DNA from: Mycobacterium leprae TN
Lineage (GTDB): Bacteria; Actinomycetota; Actinomycetes; Mycobacteriales; Mycobacteriaceae
Reading direction: 5' to 3'
Assembly: GCF_000195855.1 (NCBI RefSeq)
Contig: NC_002677.1
Location: 1,980,001 to 2,012,000 of the forward strand
Length of the DNA: 32,000 nt
Both the position numbers and the translations under genes were made by a program. Numbering within the stretch: the stretch's first letter is position 1; each line of letters opens with the position of its first letter. The notes beneath the pieces were generated by a model. That model did not search any database, was not told where the DNA came from, and saw only the letters and a list, made by a program, of their open reading frames with translations. Below, in pieces: positions 12,060 through 22,293 of the stretch.

Positions 12060-13304
12060 GTGAATCACAATCATTTTGTGCCTGCACCGCCTCGCAGGTT
12101 GCCGCTCGAACTACTGGACACCGTGCCCGATTCACTGCTACGACGGCTGAAGCAGTACTCGGGCCGGCTAGCTACTGAAGCGGTCACAGCTATGCAAGAA
12201 CGGTTGCCGTTCTTCGCCGACTTGGAAGCATCCCAGCGCGCCAGCGTGACGCTGGTGGTGCAGACGGCGGTGGTCAACTTTGTCCAGTGGATGCAAAACC
12301 CGCACAGTGACGTGAGCTACACCGCGCAGGCGTTCGAACTGGTACCCCAGGATCTGGCCCGACGAATCGCGTTACGCCACACCGTGGACATGGTGCGAGT
12401 CACCATGGAGTTCTTCGAAGAAGTTGTGCCACTGCTGGCCCGTTCCGAAGAGCAATTGACGGCACTCACCGTGGGCATCTTGAAGTACAGCCGCGACCTG
12501 GCGTTCACCGCCGCCACGGCGTATGCCGACGCGGCCGAAGCGCGCGGCACCTGGGACAGCAGGATGGAAGCCAGCGTCGTCGACGCGGTAGTGCGCGGCG
12601 ACACCGGCCCCGAGCTGTTGTCTCGCGCGGCCGCATTGAACTGGGACACGACCGCACCAGCAACGGTTGTGGTCGGTACCCCGACACCGAACCACGACGG
12701 CCCAAACGGGCAGGTCAGCAGCGAACGAGCCAGCCAGGAAGTCCGCGAGATCGCAGCCCGCCACGGCCGCGCGGCGCTGACCGACGTACACGGTACCTGG
12801 CTGGTGGCGATCATATCCGGCCAATTAGCGCCGACGGACAAATTTTTCAGTGACCTGCTGCACGCGTTCTCCGACGGACCGGTGGTCATCGGACCAACAG
12901 CGCCGATGCTGACTGCCGCCTACCACAGCGCAAGCGAGGCGGTTTCCGGGATGAACGCCGTTGCCGGGTGGAGTGGAGCGCCGCGACCCGTGCAGGCCAG
13001 AGAACTCCTGCCGGAACGCGCCTTAATGGGGGATGCATCGGCGATCGTGGCGTTGCATACCGATGTGATGCTGCCATTAGCTGATGCAGGGCCGACGCTC
13101 ATCGAGACACTCGACGCGTATCTGGATTGTGGCGGCGCAATTGAGGCCTGCGCCCGCAAGTTGTTCGTTCATCCAAACACCGTACGGTACCGGCTCAAGC
13201 GCATTACAGACTTCACCGGACACGATCCCACCCTACCGCGCGATGCATATGTCCTGCGAGTGGCAGCGACAGTGGGTAAACTCAACTATCCGACTCATCA
13301 CTAA
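12060..13304 (+). CDS. mabR: PucR/CdaR-family transcriptional regulator of the fasII operon (Rv2242/MabR homologue)
   Basis: Intact 414-aa ORF with a GTG start preceded by taggag. It has a C-terminal PucR HTH (KLFVHPNTVRYRLKRITDFTG) and lies directly upstream of fabD, as in M. tuberculosis. Confidence 0.85.
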   Translation: MNHNHFVPAPPRRLPLELLDTVPDSLLRRLKQYSGRLATEAVTAMQERLPFFADLEASQRASVTLVVQTAVVNFVQWMQNPHSDVSYTAQAFELVPQDLARRIALRHTVDMVRVTMEFFEEVVPLLARSEEQLTALTVGILKYSRDLAFTAATAYADAAEARGTWDSRMEASVVDAVVRGDTGPELLSRAAALNWDTTAPATVVVGTPTPNHDGPNGQVSSERASQEVREIAARHGRAALTDVHGTWLVAIISGQLAPTDKFFSDLLHAFSDGPVVIGPTAPMLTAAYHSASEAVSGMNAVAGWSGAPRPVQARELLPERALMGDASAIVALHTDVMLPLADAGPTLIETLDAYLDCGGAIEACARKLFVHPNTVRYRLKRITDFTGHDPTLPRDAYVLRVAATVGKLNYPTHH

Positions 13305-13427
13305 AGTGCCGGCCACAAGACCAATGCCCTAGGCACAACTGCCAGTCACGCGAGGTGCCATGACACCGCCAGGACGATAGCGACCGCAGATCTCAAGATG
13401 CTATCAAACCCGTAGCTTACCGAACAG

Positions 13428-13448
13428 TTTTGTAGGTTATATACAAAA
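13428..13448. promoter_or_regulatory. Inverted repeat TTTTGTA-N7-TACAAAA in the fabD upstream region (candidate MabR operator), with a cataat -10-like hexamer at 13464-13469
   Basis: Direct reading of ttttgta ggttata tacaaaa. It overlaps a second inverted repeat, taggtt/aaccta. It lies 67-87 nt upstream of the fabD GTG at 13515. Confidence 0.4.
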
Positions 13449-13514
13449 ACCTAAGACGAGGTTCATAATCTGTTACACCCCGCAAAACCGTCTTCACAGT
13501 GTTTTCTTAGACAC

Positions 13515-14429
13515 GTGATTGCGTTACTTGCACCCGGACAGGGCTCGCAGACCGAGGGAATGCTATCGCCGTGGCTGGGACTCCCCGGTGCCGCAGACCA
13601 GATCGCGACCTGGTCGAAGGCAAGTGGCTTAGATCTGGTACGTCTAGGCACCACCGCCTCGACCGAGGAGATAACCGATACCGCTGTCGCTCAGCCGTTG
13701 ATTGTTGCGACCACGCTGCTAGCTCATCAGGAGCTGGCCAAGCATGCCTTGTTTGAGAATGCCCTCGACAACCTAATCGTGGCCGGACACTCCGTCGGCG
13801 AGATCGCGGCGTATTCGATCGCCGGTGTGATCGCCGCCGATGATGCAGTGGCGCTGGCCGCAACCCGCGGCGCCGAGATGGCCAAGGCATGCGCCATCGA
13901 GCCGACCGGCATGTCCGCTGTGCTCGGCGGTGACGAAGCCGACGTGCTGAATCGCCTCGAGGAACTTGACCTGGTTCCTGCGAACCGCAACGCCGCCGGT
14001 CAGATTGTCGCCGCCGGTCGACTGACCGCGCTAGAAAAACTCGCCGAAGACCCGCCAGCCAGGGCCCGGGTGCGAGCACTGGACGTGGCCGGAGCGTTCC
14101 ACACCGAGTTCATGACCGCAGCTCTTGATGGCTTCGCAGAGGCGGCGGCCAGCATCACGATTGCCGAACCCATCGCGATGCTGCTCTCCAACCGTGACGG
14201 AAAACCGGTCGCGTCGGCAGCGACCGGTATGGAAACCCTGATTTCTCAGCTGACTCACCCGGCGCGCTGGGATCTGTGCAACGTAACGCTGCGTGAGCAC
14301 AACGTCACGGCGATCGTGGAACTCCCGCCCGCAGGCGCTCTCACCGGAATCGCCAAACGCGAGCTTCGGGAAGTAACAACTTGCGCCGTCAAGTCGCCCA
14401 CAGACCTGGACAAGTTGGCGAACCTCTAA
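13515..14429 (+). CDS. fabD: Malonyl-CoA:ACP transacylase
   Basis: Intact 304-aa ORF with LLAPGQGSQ and the active-site GHSVGE motif. Confidence 0.95.
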   Translation: MIALLAPGQGSQTEGMLSPWLGLPGAADQIATWSKASGLDLVRLGTTASTEEITDTAVAQPLIVATTLLAHQELAKHALFENALDNLIVAGHSVGEIAAYSIAGVIAADDAVALAATRGAEMAKACAIEPTGMSAVLGGDEADVLNRLEELDLVPANRNAAGQIVAAGRLTALEKLAEDPPARARVRALDVAGAFHTEFMTAALDGFAEAAASITIAEPIAMLLSNRDGKPVASAATGMETLISQLTHPARWDLCNVTLREHNVTAIVELPPAGALTGIAKRELREVTTCAVKSPTDLDKLANL

Positions 14430-14528
14430 CCGCCGACCCGGCAATTTGCAATGGCAGGAACAACCACACAGGTCTAAACAGCAAATCAATCCGATTTGCA
14501 CACAACACATTACGAAGGGAAGCAGACT

Positions 14529-14876
14529 GTGGCCGTCACCCAGGAAGAGATTATTGCCGGAATCGCCGAGATCATCGAAGAGGTGACCGGTATCGAACCG
14601 TCTGAGATTACCCCGGAGAAGTCGTTCGTCGACGACCTGGACATTGACTCGCTGTCGATGGTCGAGATCGCCGTCCAGACCGAAGACAAGTACGGCGTCA
14701 AGATCCCTGACGAAGACCTCGCGGGTCTGCGTACTGTCGGTGACGTTGTGACCTACATCCAGAAGCTCGAAGAAGAGAATCCTGAGGCCGCCGAGGCGCT
14801 GCGCGCCAAGATCGTGTCGGAGAACCCCGAGGCCGCCGCGAACGTTCAGGCAAGGCTAGAAACAGAAAGTAAGTGA
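14529..14876 (+). CDS. acpM: Meromycolate extension acyl carrier protein
   Basis: A GTG at 14529 gives 115 aa starting [27 protein letters not shown], with the [11 protein letters not shown] phosphopantetheine site and the long AcpM C-terminal tail. The 126-aa ORF-track start at 14496 is probably too long. Confidence 0.9.
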   Translation: MAVTQEEIIAGIAEIIEEVTGIEPSEITPEKSFVDDLDIDSLSMVEIAVQTEDKYGVKIPDEDLAGLRTVGDVVTYIQKLEEENPEAAEALRAKIVSENPEAAANVQARLETESK

Positions 14877-16123
14877 CCATGCCTTCCACTGCTAATGGCG
14901 GTTTCCCCAGTGTTGTGGTGACCGCTGTCACAGCAACGACGTCAATCTCGCCGGACATCGAAAGCACGTGGAAGGGTCTGTTGGCCGGCGAGAGCGGCAT
15001 CCACGTACTCGAAGACGAGTACATCACCAAGTGGGACCTGCCAGTCAAGATCGGCGGCCACCTCAAGGAGCCAGTCGATAGCCACATGAGCCGCCTGGAC
15101 CTGCGGCGCATGTCGTACGTCCAGCGGATGAGCAAGCTGCTCAGCGGTCGACTATGGGAGTCCACCGGCAGCCCGGAGGTCGATCCCGACCGGTTCACCG
15201 TCGTGGTCGGCACCGGTCTGGGCGGCGCCGAGCGAATCGTGGAAAGCTACGACCTGATGAACGCGGGCGGACCCCGTAAGGTGTCCCCGCTCGCCGTTCA
15301 GATGATCATGCCCAACGGCGCCGCAGCGACCGTCGGGCTACAGCTTGGGGCATGCGCCGGGGTGATGACACCGGTGTCGGCCTGCTCGTCGGGCTCTGAG
15401 GCAATCGCACACGCCTGGCGCCAGATCATCATGGGAGATGCAGATGTCGCCGTCTGTGGCGGTGTCGAGGGCCCGATCGAGGCGCTGCCTATCGCGGCGT
15501 TCTCGATGATGCGAGCCATGTCGACCCGTAACGACGACCCCGAGGGGGCATCTCGGCCATTCGACAAAAATCGTGACGGGTTTGTGTTCGGCGAAGCCGG
15601 AGCCCTGATGCTCATCGAGACTGAGGAGCACGCCAAGGCTCGCGGCGCCAAGCCGCTGGCTCGGTTGCTTGGTGCAGGCATCACCTCGGACGCCTTTCAT
15701 ATGGTGGCACCCGCGGCCGACGGCGTGCGAGCAGGGCGGGCAATGACCCGGTCGCTGGAGCTGGCGGGTTTGTCGGCGAAGGACGTGGACCACGTCAACG
15801 CGCACGGGACAGCAACGCCGATCGGCGACAGCGCGGAGGCCAACGCCATCAGGGTCGCCGGTTGCGAACAGGCTGCGGTGTATGCGCCAAAGTCAGCACT
15901 GGGCCACTCCATCGGCGCGGTCGGCGCGCTTGAGTCTGTCCTGACGGTGCTGGCCCTTCGCGACGGTGTCATCCCACCCACACTGAACTACCAAACCCCA
16001 GATCCCGAGATCGACCTAGACATTGTCGCAGGTGAACCTCGCTACGGCGACTACCGTTACGCGATCAATAACTCCTTCGGGTTCGGTGGCCACAACGTGG
16101 CGCTCGCTTTTGGGCGCTACTAA
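14873..16123 (+). CDS. kasA: Beta-ketoacyl-ACP synthase KasA
   Basis: Intact 416-aa ORF. Its GTG overlaps the acpM stop (GTGA). It has the active-site [12 protein letters not shown] and the C-terminal [18 protein letters not shown]. Confidence 0.95.
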   Translation: MTMPSTANGGFPSVVVTAVTATTSISPDIESTWKGLLAGESGIHVLEDEYITKWDLPVKIGGHLKEPVDSHMSRLDLRRMSYVQRMSKLLSGRLWESTGSPEVDPDRFTVVVGTGLGGAERIVESYDLMNAGGPRKVSPLAVQMIMPNGAAATVGLQLGACAGVMTPVSACSSGSEAIAHAWRQIIMGDADVAVCGGVEGPIEALPIAAFSMMRAMSTRNDDPEGASRPFDKNRDGFVFGEAGALMLIETEEHAKARGAKPLARLLGAGITSDAFHMVAPAADGVRAGRAMTRSLELAGLSAKDVDHVNAHGTATPIGDSAEANAIRVAGCEQAAVYAPKSALGHSIGAVGALESVLTVLALRDGVIPPTLNYQTPDPEIDLDIVAGEPRYGDYRYAINNSFGFGGHNVALAFGRY

Positions 16124-16135
16124 GCACGGGAAGGA

Positions 16136-17413
16136 ATGATCGCTAGACTCATGACCACATCGCCGGAGCTGGTTACAGGGAAAGCCTTTCCCAATGTGGT
16201 CGTCACCGGCATTGCTATGACGACTGCGCTGGCAACAGACGCGGAGACCACGTGGAAGTTGTTGCTCGACAACCAAAGTGGAATTCGTATGCTCGACGAC
16301 CCGTTCATCGAGGAGTTCAACCTACCGGTTCGCATCGGTGGACATTTGCTGGAGGAATTCGACCACCAGCTGACCCGCGTCGAGCTGCGCAGGATGGGTT
16401 ACCTACAGAGAATGTCCACCGTGCTAAGCCGGCGACTGTGGGAGAACGCGGGCTCACCCGAAGTGGACACCAATCGGTTAATGGTGTCCATCGGCACCGG
16501 GTTGGGCTCGGCCGAGGAGCTGGTCTTCAGCTACGACGACATGCGTGCGCGCGGAATGAAGGCAGTCTCGCCACTGGCCGTGCAGAAGTACATGCCCAAC
16601 GGTGCGGCAGCGGCCGTCGGGCTGGAGCACCACGCCAAGGCTGGGGTGATGACGCCTGTGTCGGCGTGTGCGTCCGGTTCCGAGGCCATCGCCCATGCGT
16701 GGCAGCAGATCGTGCTCGGCGAAGCCGACTCGGCGATCTGTGGTGGCGTGGAAACAAAGATCGAGGCCGTGCCAATCGCCGGGTTCTCCCAGATGCGCAT
16801 CGTAATGTCCACCAAGAACGACAACCCCGCCGGTGCATGTCGCCCGTTCGATAGGGACCGCGACGGCTTCGTGTTCGGTGAGGCCGGCGCGCTCATGCTA
16901 ATCGAGACCGAGGACAGTGCGAAGGCGCGCAGCGCCAACATCCTAGCCCGGATCATGGGGGCCAGCATCACCTCGGACGGCTTCCACATGGTGGCACCGG
17001 ACCCCAACGGGGAACGTGCCGGGCATGCTATCGCACGTGCAGTGCACCTAGCGGGCCTCAGTCCGAGCGACATCGACCACGTCAACGCCCATGCCACCGG
17101 CACCCAGGTCGGTGACCTGGCCGAAGCCAAAGCCATCAACAAAGCCCTCTGCAACAATCGACCGGCGGTGTACGCACCCAAATCTGCCCTCGGCCATTCA
17201 GTGGGCGCAGTCGGCGCGGTGGAATCAATCTTGACTGTGCTGGCGTTGCGGGACCAGGTAATCCCACCGACACTGAACCTGGTAAACCTCGATCCAGATA
17301 TTGACTTGGACGTGGTAGCGGGTAAACCACGGCCGGGTGATTATCGGTATGCGGTCAACAACTCGTTCGGATTCGGCGGTCACAACGTAGCGATCGCCTT
17401 CGGCTGCTACTAA
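16136..17413 (+). CDS. kasB: Beta-ketoacyl-ACP synthase KasB
   Basis: Intact 425-aa paralogue of kasA ([30 protein letters not shown]). The start could instead be the ATG at 16151. Confidence 0.93.
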   Translation: MIARLMTTSPELVTGKAFPNVVVTGIAMTTALATDAETTWKLLLDNQSGIRMLDDPFIEEFNLPVRIGGHLLEEFDHQLTRVELRRMGYLQRMSTVLSRRLWENAGSPEVDTNRLMVSIGTGLGSAEELVFSYDDMRARGMKAVSPLAVQKYMPNGAAAAVGLEHHAKAGVMTPVSACASGSEAIAHAWQQIVLGEADSAICGGVETKIEAVPIAGFSQMRIVMSTKNDNPAGACRPFDRDRDGFVFGEAGALMLIETEDSAKARSANILARIMGASITSDGFHMVAPDPNGERAGHAIARAVHLAGLSPSDIDHVNAHATGTQVGDLAEAKAINKALCNNRPAVYAPKSALGHSVGAVGAVESILTVLALRDQVIPPTLNLVNLDPDIDLDVVAGKPRPGDYRYAVNNSFGFGGHNVAIAFGCY

Positions 17414-17443
17414 CCCGAACATCACTGACACAGGAGACCTGCG

Positions 17444-18865
17444 ATGACAATCACGGCCCCAAAGGTGGTGGGCAAGTCCATTGATCCCCGCGATCCACTA
17501 CTGCGTCTGAGCAATTTCTTCGACGATGGCAGAGTCGAACCGCTGCACGAGCGTAACCAGTCCGGCGTATTCGCTGCGACAGGCACCGTGAACGGTTTAC
17601 GCACCATAGCGTTCTGCACCGACGGCACCGTCATGGGCGGCGCCATGGGTATCGAAGGCTGCGCGCATATCGTCAACGCCTACGACACCGCTATTGAAGA
17701 GCAGAGCCCCATCGTAGGCATCTGGCACTCGGGCGGGGCCCGGTTAGCCGAGGGAGTGCGGGCGCTGCACGCAGTCGGACAGGTGTTCGAGGCCATGATC
17801 CGCGCATCCGGGTACATTCCGCAAATCTCGGTGGTCGTCGGTTTCGCTGCCGGCGGCGCCGCTTATGGGCCAGCGCTGACCGACGTCGTCATCATGGCGC
17901 CAGAAGGTCGGGTGTTCGTCACCGGGCCCGACGTGGTACGCAGCGTCACCGGCGAAGACGTGGACATGGCTTCGCTCGGCGGCCCAGAGACCCACCACAA
18001 GAAGTCCGGGGTGTGCCACATCGTTGCCAACGATGAACTCGACGCCTATGAGCGCGGCCGCCGGTTAGTCGGATTGTTCTGCCAGCAAGGTCATTTCGAC
18101 CGTAGCAAGGCAGAAGCTGGTGACACCAATATCCAAGCGCTGCTGCCCGAATCGTCCCGACGAGCCTATGACGTACATCCAGTCGTGACAGCGATCCTGG
18201 ATGAGAACACGCCTTTCGACGAATTCCAGGCGAATTGGGCACCGTCCATGGTGGTCGGGCTGGGCCGACTGTCCGGCCGCACGGTGGGCGTACTGGCCAA
18301 CAACCCGTTGCGACTGGGCGGTTGTTTGAACTCCGAAAGCGCCGAGAAGGCAGCACGTTTCGTACGACTCTGCGACGCGTTCGGGATCCCGCTGGTGGTC
18401 ATCGTCGATGTCCCCGGCTATCTGCCGGGGGTTGACCAAGAGTGGGGCGGCGTGGTGCGCCGAGGTGCTAAACTGTTGCATGCGTTCGGTGAGTGCACCG
18501 TTCCGCGCGTAACGCTGGTTACCCGAAAGACCTACGGCGGGGCCTACATTGCGATGAATTCTCGATCGTTGAATGCAACAAAGGTATTCGCGTGGCCGGA
18601 CGCCGAAGTGGCGGTGATGGGCGCCAAGGCGGCCGTCGGCATACTTCACAAGCGCAAGTTAGCCGCAGCACCGAACGACGAACGGGAAGCTCTACACGAC
18701 GACTTAGCTGCCGAGCATGAGCGCATCGCCGGCGGCGTGGACAGTGCCATCGACATCGGTGTGGTTGACGAGAAGATCAACCCGGCACATACCCGCAGTA
18801 AACTCACCGAGGCACTGGCCCAGTCGCCTGTGCGCCGCGGTCGCCACAAGAACATCCCGCTGTAA
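17444..18865 (+). CDS. accD6: Acyl-CoA carboxylase carboxyltransferase beta subunit AccD6
   Basis: Intact 473-aa ORF, collinear with my recollection of Rv2247 (DPRDPLLRLSNFFDDG to RRGRHKNIPL). Confidence 0.95.
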   Translation: MTITAPKVVGKSIDPRDPLLRLSNFFDDGRVEPLHERNQSGVFAATGTVNGLRTIAFCTDGTVMGGAMGIEGCAHIVNAYDTAIEEQSPIVGIWHSGGARLAEGVRALHAVGQVFEAMIRASGYIPQISVVVGFAAGGAAYGPALTDVVIMAPEGRVFVTGPDVVRSVTGEDVDMASLGGPETHHKKSGVCHIVANDELDAYERGRRLVGLFCQQGHFDRSKAEAGDTNIQALLPESSRRAYDVHPVVTAILDENTPFDEFQANWAPSMVVGLGRLSGRTVGVLANNPLRLGGCLNSESAEKAARFVRLCDAFGIPLVVIVDVPGYLPGVDQEWGGVVRRGAKLLHAFGECTVPRVTLVTRKTYGGAYIAMNSRSLNATKVFAWPDAEVAVMGAKAAVGILHKRKLAAAPNDEREALHDDLAAEHERIAGGVDSAIDIGVVDEKINPAHTRSKLTEALAQSPVRRGRHKNIPL

Positions 18866-18873
18866 ACACCCGG

Positions 18874-18923
18874 TGATGTGCACAAGAACAATATCACATG
18901 TGATATTGTTCTTGTGCACATCA
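18874..18923. repeat. Perfect 50-bp palindrome (25+25, no spacer) 9 nt after the accD6 stop; possible terminator or protein-binding site
   Basis: tgatgtgcacaagaacaatatcaca followed by tgtgatattgttcttgtgcacatca, verified base by base as an exact reverse complement. No U-tract follows it. Confidence 0.95.
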
Positions 18924-19079
18924 ATGTATAATGTCACGATTCGGATTTTCGACGAAAGTAATGCGGTAGTTTCCCCAGCCCTGAACGGCGACATGGTATG
19001 TACCGAGTCGCATGACGTCTATCGGACTGCACCGTTGAAACCACCCGATGTCAAGCTGTCGTGTTTGTGTCTGTGGCGG

Positions 19080-19790
19080 TGAGTTGTTCGGTTGGTTTCA
19101 TAGGTGGTGGGTGAAATGGCTGTTTTTGCGTTTTATGACTGGCCGATATGTTCGGTAGTCGTGGGGGGCAGCCCGGAATCCTGTTGACGTGTTTTGCTGT
19201 GTTGCGGGGTTTTTGTTGGTGAGTGGCTGACTGCCTGCTTTCGATGAGGCTTCGTGTGCTTTGCCGCAGTGGACACGATTAGCGCGGCGCACGTAAGCAT
19301 GTCGGTGGTGGATGCTGCTTGGTCTACATGTTGATGATGCCAGGGGCTGGGCACCTGGGCTGTGCTGAAGGCGATATCGATGCAGGCGTGAGTGTGAGGA
19401 TAGTTGTTAGCGCCGCGGGGTAGGGGCGTTTTAGTGTGCATGTCATGGCCTTGAGGTGTCGGCGTGGTCAATGTGGCCGCACCTGAACAGGCACGTCCCC
19501 GTGCACGGTATAACTATTCGCACCTGATGTTATCCCTTGCACCATTTCTGCCGCTGGTATCGGTGTCGGCGGCTTGTTGACCGGCCCTCAGCCAGCAAGC
19601 AGGCATGCCGCCGGGTGCAGCAGTATCGTGTTAGTGAACAGTGCATCGATGATCCGGCCGTCGGCGGCACATACGGCAACCTTCTAGCGCAGATCAACCA
19701 CCCACACCCCACCAGCCCACCACAACACCACCACCCAAGGCCTCGCGGGTGAGTGCGATCGTTAAGCAACTTACCGAGCGTAAACACGCC
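19080..19790. repeat. RLEP-family dispersed repeat copy (boundaries approximate)
   Basis: It contains tgcatgtcatggccttgagg (19437-19456) and ttctgccgctggtatcggtg (19546-19565), spanning exactly 129 bp. It also contains gcagtatcgtgttagtgaacagtgca (19620-19645), followed by tcgatgatccggccgtcggcg and gcacatacggcaaccttctagcg. I recognise all of these as RLEP diagnostic PCR target sequences. There is no convincing ORF. Confidence 0.8.
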
Positions 19791-19990
19791 GTAGAGATCC
19801 TCGGAGCCGAAGAATAACTGCACATCTCGCGCGCTGTATTCCGTTTAGCGGCGCTCTCCAGTGCGTTCGACCCCCAGGTCGGTCATGGCTTCTTTCTACC
19901 AGGTGGTCCTCGCACCGAGATCGACGGCAGCATGGAAAAGTTCGATAGAGCACCACACCGACGTCAATCTCGACGTGTGCACGGCCGAAG

Positions 19991-20839
19991 CTACCGCCGG
20001 GGCCGAGGTTGGCATCTAGGGCAATAGAAGGACGAGCGGTTCATGAACTTTTCCCGGTGCATCACCGCGCCGCAACGCCGGCAGCCTTCGCCTTCACGAC
20101 CATAGGCATCCAAAGATCGGTCAAAGTACCCCGATTCGCCGTTGACGTTGACATACAGCGAATCGAACGAAGTCCCACCCTTGGCCAACGAGTCGCGCAT
20201 CACATCGGCGGCAGCATCCAGAACCGCGGCCAGCTGCCGACGGGTCAGAGTGGCAGCAATTCGCGCGCCGTGCACTTCGGCCCGCCACAACGCCTCATCG
20301 GCGTAAATGTTGCCGATTCCAGATACTGTCTGTTGATCGAGGAGCTGGCGCTTGAGCTCGGAATGCTTGCACCGCAACACTTTCACTACAGCTTCGACAT
20401 CGAACCGCGGATCGAACGGGTCACGCGCCAAGTGGGCGACAGGCACCGGCAGCACACTGCCGTCCACCGTCATTAGATCGGCTAGCAGCCATCCCCCTAA
20501 GGTCCGCTGATCCGTGAAGTTCAACACGGTCCCGTCGTCGAACAGCGCAGAGATCCTAACGTGATCGACGCGAGGCACGGTCCCCAGCAACATCTGCCCG
20601 CTCATGCCGAGGTGCACCACGAGCGCAATGTCTGTGTCCAGCAAGAACCACAGATATTTGCCGCGCCGATCAATTCCGTTAATACGGGTGCCGAGCAGCC
20701 GGTTCGTGAGGTCAGTTGGTCCAGCAACGTGGCGGCGCACAGCGCGCGGATGGTGCACCCGAACCGCAGTAATCGTCTTGCCTACGATATAGTCCTGCAG
20801 GCCGCGCCGCACCACCTCTACTTCGGGCAGTTCAGGCAT
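19991..20839 (-). CDS. fpg: Formamidopyrimidine-DNA glycosylase
   Basis: Intact 282-aa ORF with the N-terminal MPELPEVE catalytic motif and a C-terminal zinc finger (CRRCG, CPRCQ). Confidence 0.95.
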
Positions 20840-20893
20840 TTAGTTATGATCCCAAGCCCGGCGAAACCGGGCGCAGCGAATCATAACCATCGA

Positions 20894-21613
20894 CTACACG
20901 GACGTTTTCCCGACGCCGCCCAGCACATCGAGTGCTTTCCAAGCCGCTGATGCGGCTTTCTGCTCAGCCTCTTTCTTCGAGTGGCCAATACCTGACCCGT
21001 ATTCGGTGTCCATCACGACGACAACCGCGGTGAATTCTTTGTCGTGGTCCGGACCGGTGGAGGTCACCACGTACGATGGCACGCCCATGCCGCGTGCCGC
21101 TGTTAGCTCCTGCAAGCTGGTCTTCCAATCCAACCCAGCTCCCAGCGTAGGCGCAGCGTCCAGCAGCGTACCAAACAACCGCAAGATCACCTGACGGGCC
21201 ACCTCAATACCGTGATGCAGGTAGATCGCACCCAGCAGCGATTCCATGCCGTCGGCCAGTATGCTGGACTTATCCGCTCCTCCGGTGTTTGTCTCGCCAC
21301 GGCCCAGCAGCAGGTAGACACCGAGACCACCATCGGATAAGTTTCGCGCAACGTAAGCCAGTGCCTGGGTGTTGACCACACTGGCACGCAATTTAGCCAG
21401 ATCCCCTTCCGAACGGTCGGGGTGGCGATGGAACAACTCATCGGTAATGGTCAAGCTCAGGACAGCGTCACCAAGAAACTCCAGGCGCTCGTTGGTTGGT
21501 AACCCGCCGTGCTCGTAGGCATAACTGCGGTGTGTCAACGCCAGCGAAAGTAGCTCATCAGGCAGATCGACGCCGAACGCATCGAGCAAAGCTTGTCGAG
21601 GCTGGGTCACCAC
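20894..21613 (-). CDS. rnc: Ribonuclease III
   Basis: Intact 239-aa ORF with the [12 protein letters not shown] signature and a C-terminal dsRBD ([21 protein letters not shown]). Confidence 0.95.
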   Translation of the reverse strand: MVTQPRQALLDAFGVDLPDELLSLALTHRSYAYEHGGLPTNERLEFLGDAVLSLTITDELFHRHPDRSEGDLAKLRASVVNTQALAYVARNLSDGGLGVYLLLGRGETNTGGADKSSILADGMESLLGAIYLHHGIEVARQVILRLFGTLLDAAPTLGAGLDWKTSLQELTAARGMGVPSYVVTSTGPDHDKEFTAVVVVMDTEYGSGIGHSKKEAEQKAASAAWKALDVLGGVGKTSV

Positions 21614-22260
21614 TCACTCCGTGATCCATCCGTTTCCGATGTCTGCGGGACGTCAGGCGCCAACATGTCAGTCAACTTGGCCCACCACGGGTCGATGCGG
21701 TCATGGGGATGACCGGGCTCGACGACCAGTGAAGTACCACATTCTGCGCATAATCCAGGGCAATCCGACCGGCACATCGGCGCGAAGGGGAGCTCGATCC
21801 CTACGGCATCGATGATGGACTGTTCAAGATCGATCGTGCCATCGACCACGTGTCCTACCGCATCCTCTTCGGTGGTCACCTTCGTCGCACTGTAGGGATA
21901 GGCAAACAGTTGGTTCAAGGTGACTTGCACGTGTCCATGGACCGCGGTCAAACAACGGACACATTCGCTCACCGTAGGAGCAGTCACCGTCCCAGCGACC
22001 AACACGTCCTCTGACACCGACTCCACACGCAAGTCGAGATTTATCGGCGCACCCCACTCGATCACGACCAGCTCCAATCCAATGCGCGCCAAGCTGGGCA
22101 CGGTTTTTTGCAGGGCGATGATCGCTCCCGGTCGTCGTCCCAACGGGGTGATGTCGAACACTACCGGTGAGATCAGATGACGTTGCGTCGTGACACCATA
22201 CTGCCGCGTCATAGTAGAAATCCTACGGCACCCATCGCGTAGCGCCAGAGCAACAGTCAC
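21607..22260 (-). CDS. DUF177 (YceD-like) protein, Rv2926c homologue
   Basis: Intact ORF with the cysteine motifs CVRCL and [13 protein letters not shown]. The stop overlaps the rnc start. The start is ambiguous: GTG at 22260 (217 aa) or ATG at 22212 (202 aa, MTRQYGV). Confidence 0.8.
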   Translation of the reverse strand: MTVALALRDGCRRISTMTRQYGVTTQRHLISPVVFDITPLGRRPGAIIALQKTVPSLARIGLELVVIEWGAPINLDLRVESVSEDVLVAGTVTAPTVSECVRCLTAVHGHVQVTLNQLFAYPYSATKVTTEEDAVGHVVDGTIDLEQSIIDAVGIELPFAPMCRSDCPGLCAECGTSLVVEPGHPHDRIDPWWAKLTDMLAPDVPQTSETDGSRSEW

Positions 22261-22293
22261 CTTTCCTCGTGGCGATGGTACTTAAGCAGAAAG

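Noticed and set aside
14496-14528. The longer acpM start from the ORF track (126 aa).
   Set aside because: The AcpM family N-terminus ([13 protein letters not shown]) begins right after the GTG at 14529, giving the expected 115 aa.
14585-14600. ggtatcgaacc within acpM matches the T-arm segment of tRNA-Val on the plus strand; considered as a possible att-site repeat.
   Set aside because: The match is only 11 nt, lies inside a conserved coding sequence (TGIEPSE) and is on the wrong side of the tRNA. It is a coincidence.
18646-19082. ORFs 18646..18924 (-) and 18717..19082 (+) both contain the peptide MCTRTISHVILFLCTS.
   Set aside because: The identical peptide on both strands is a trivial consequence of translating the 50-bp perfect palindrome. 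It is not a duplicated gene.
19133-19823. ORFs inside the RLEP copy (19133..19471, 19530..19823, 19537..19752).
   Set aside because: No recognisable protein family, and RLEP is not known to encode a protein. They are treated as chance ORFs within the repeat.
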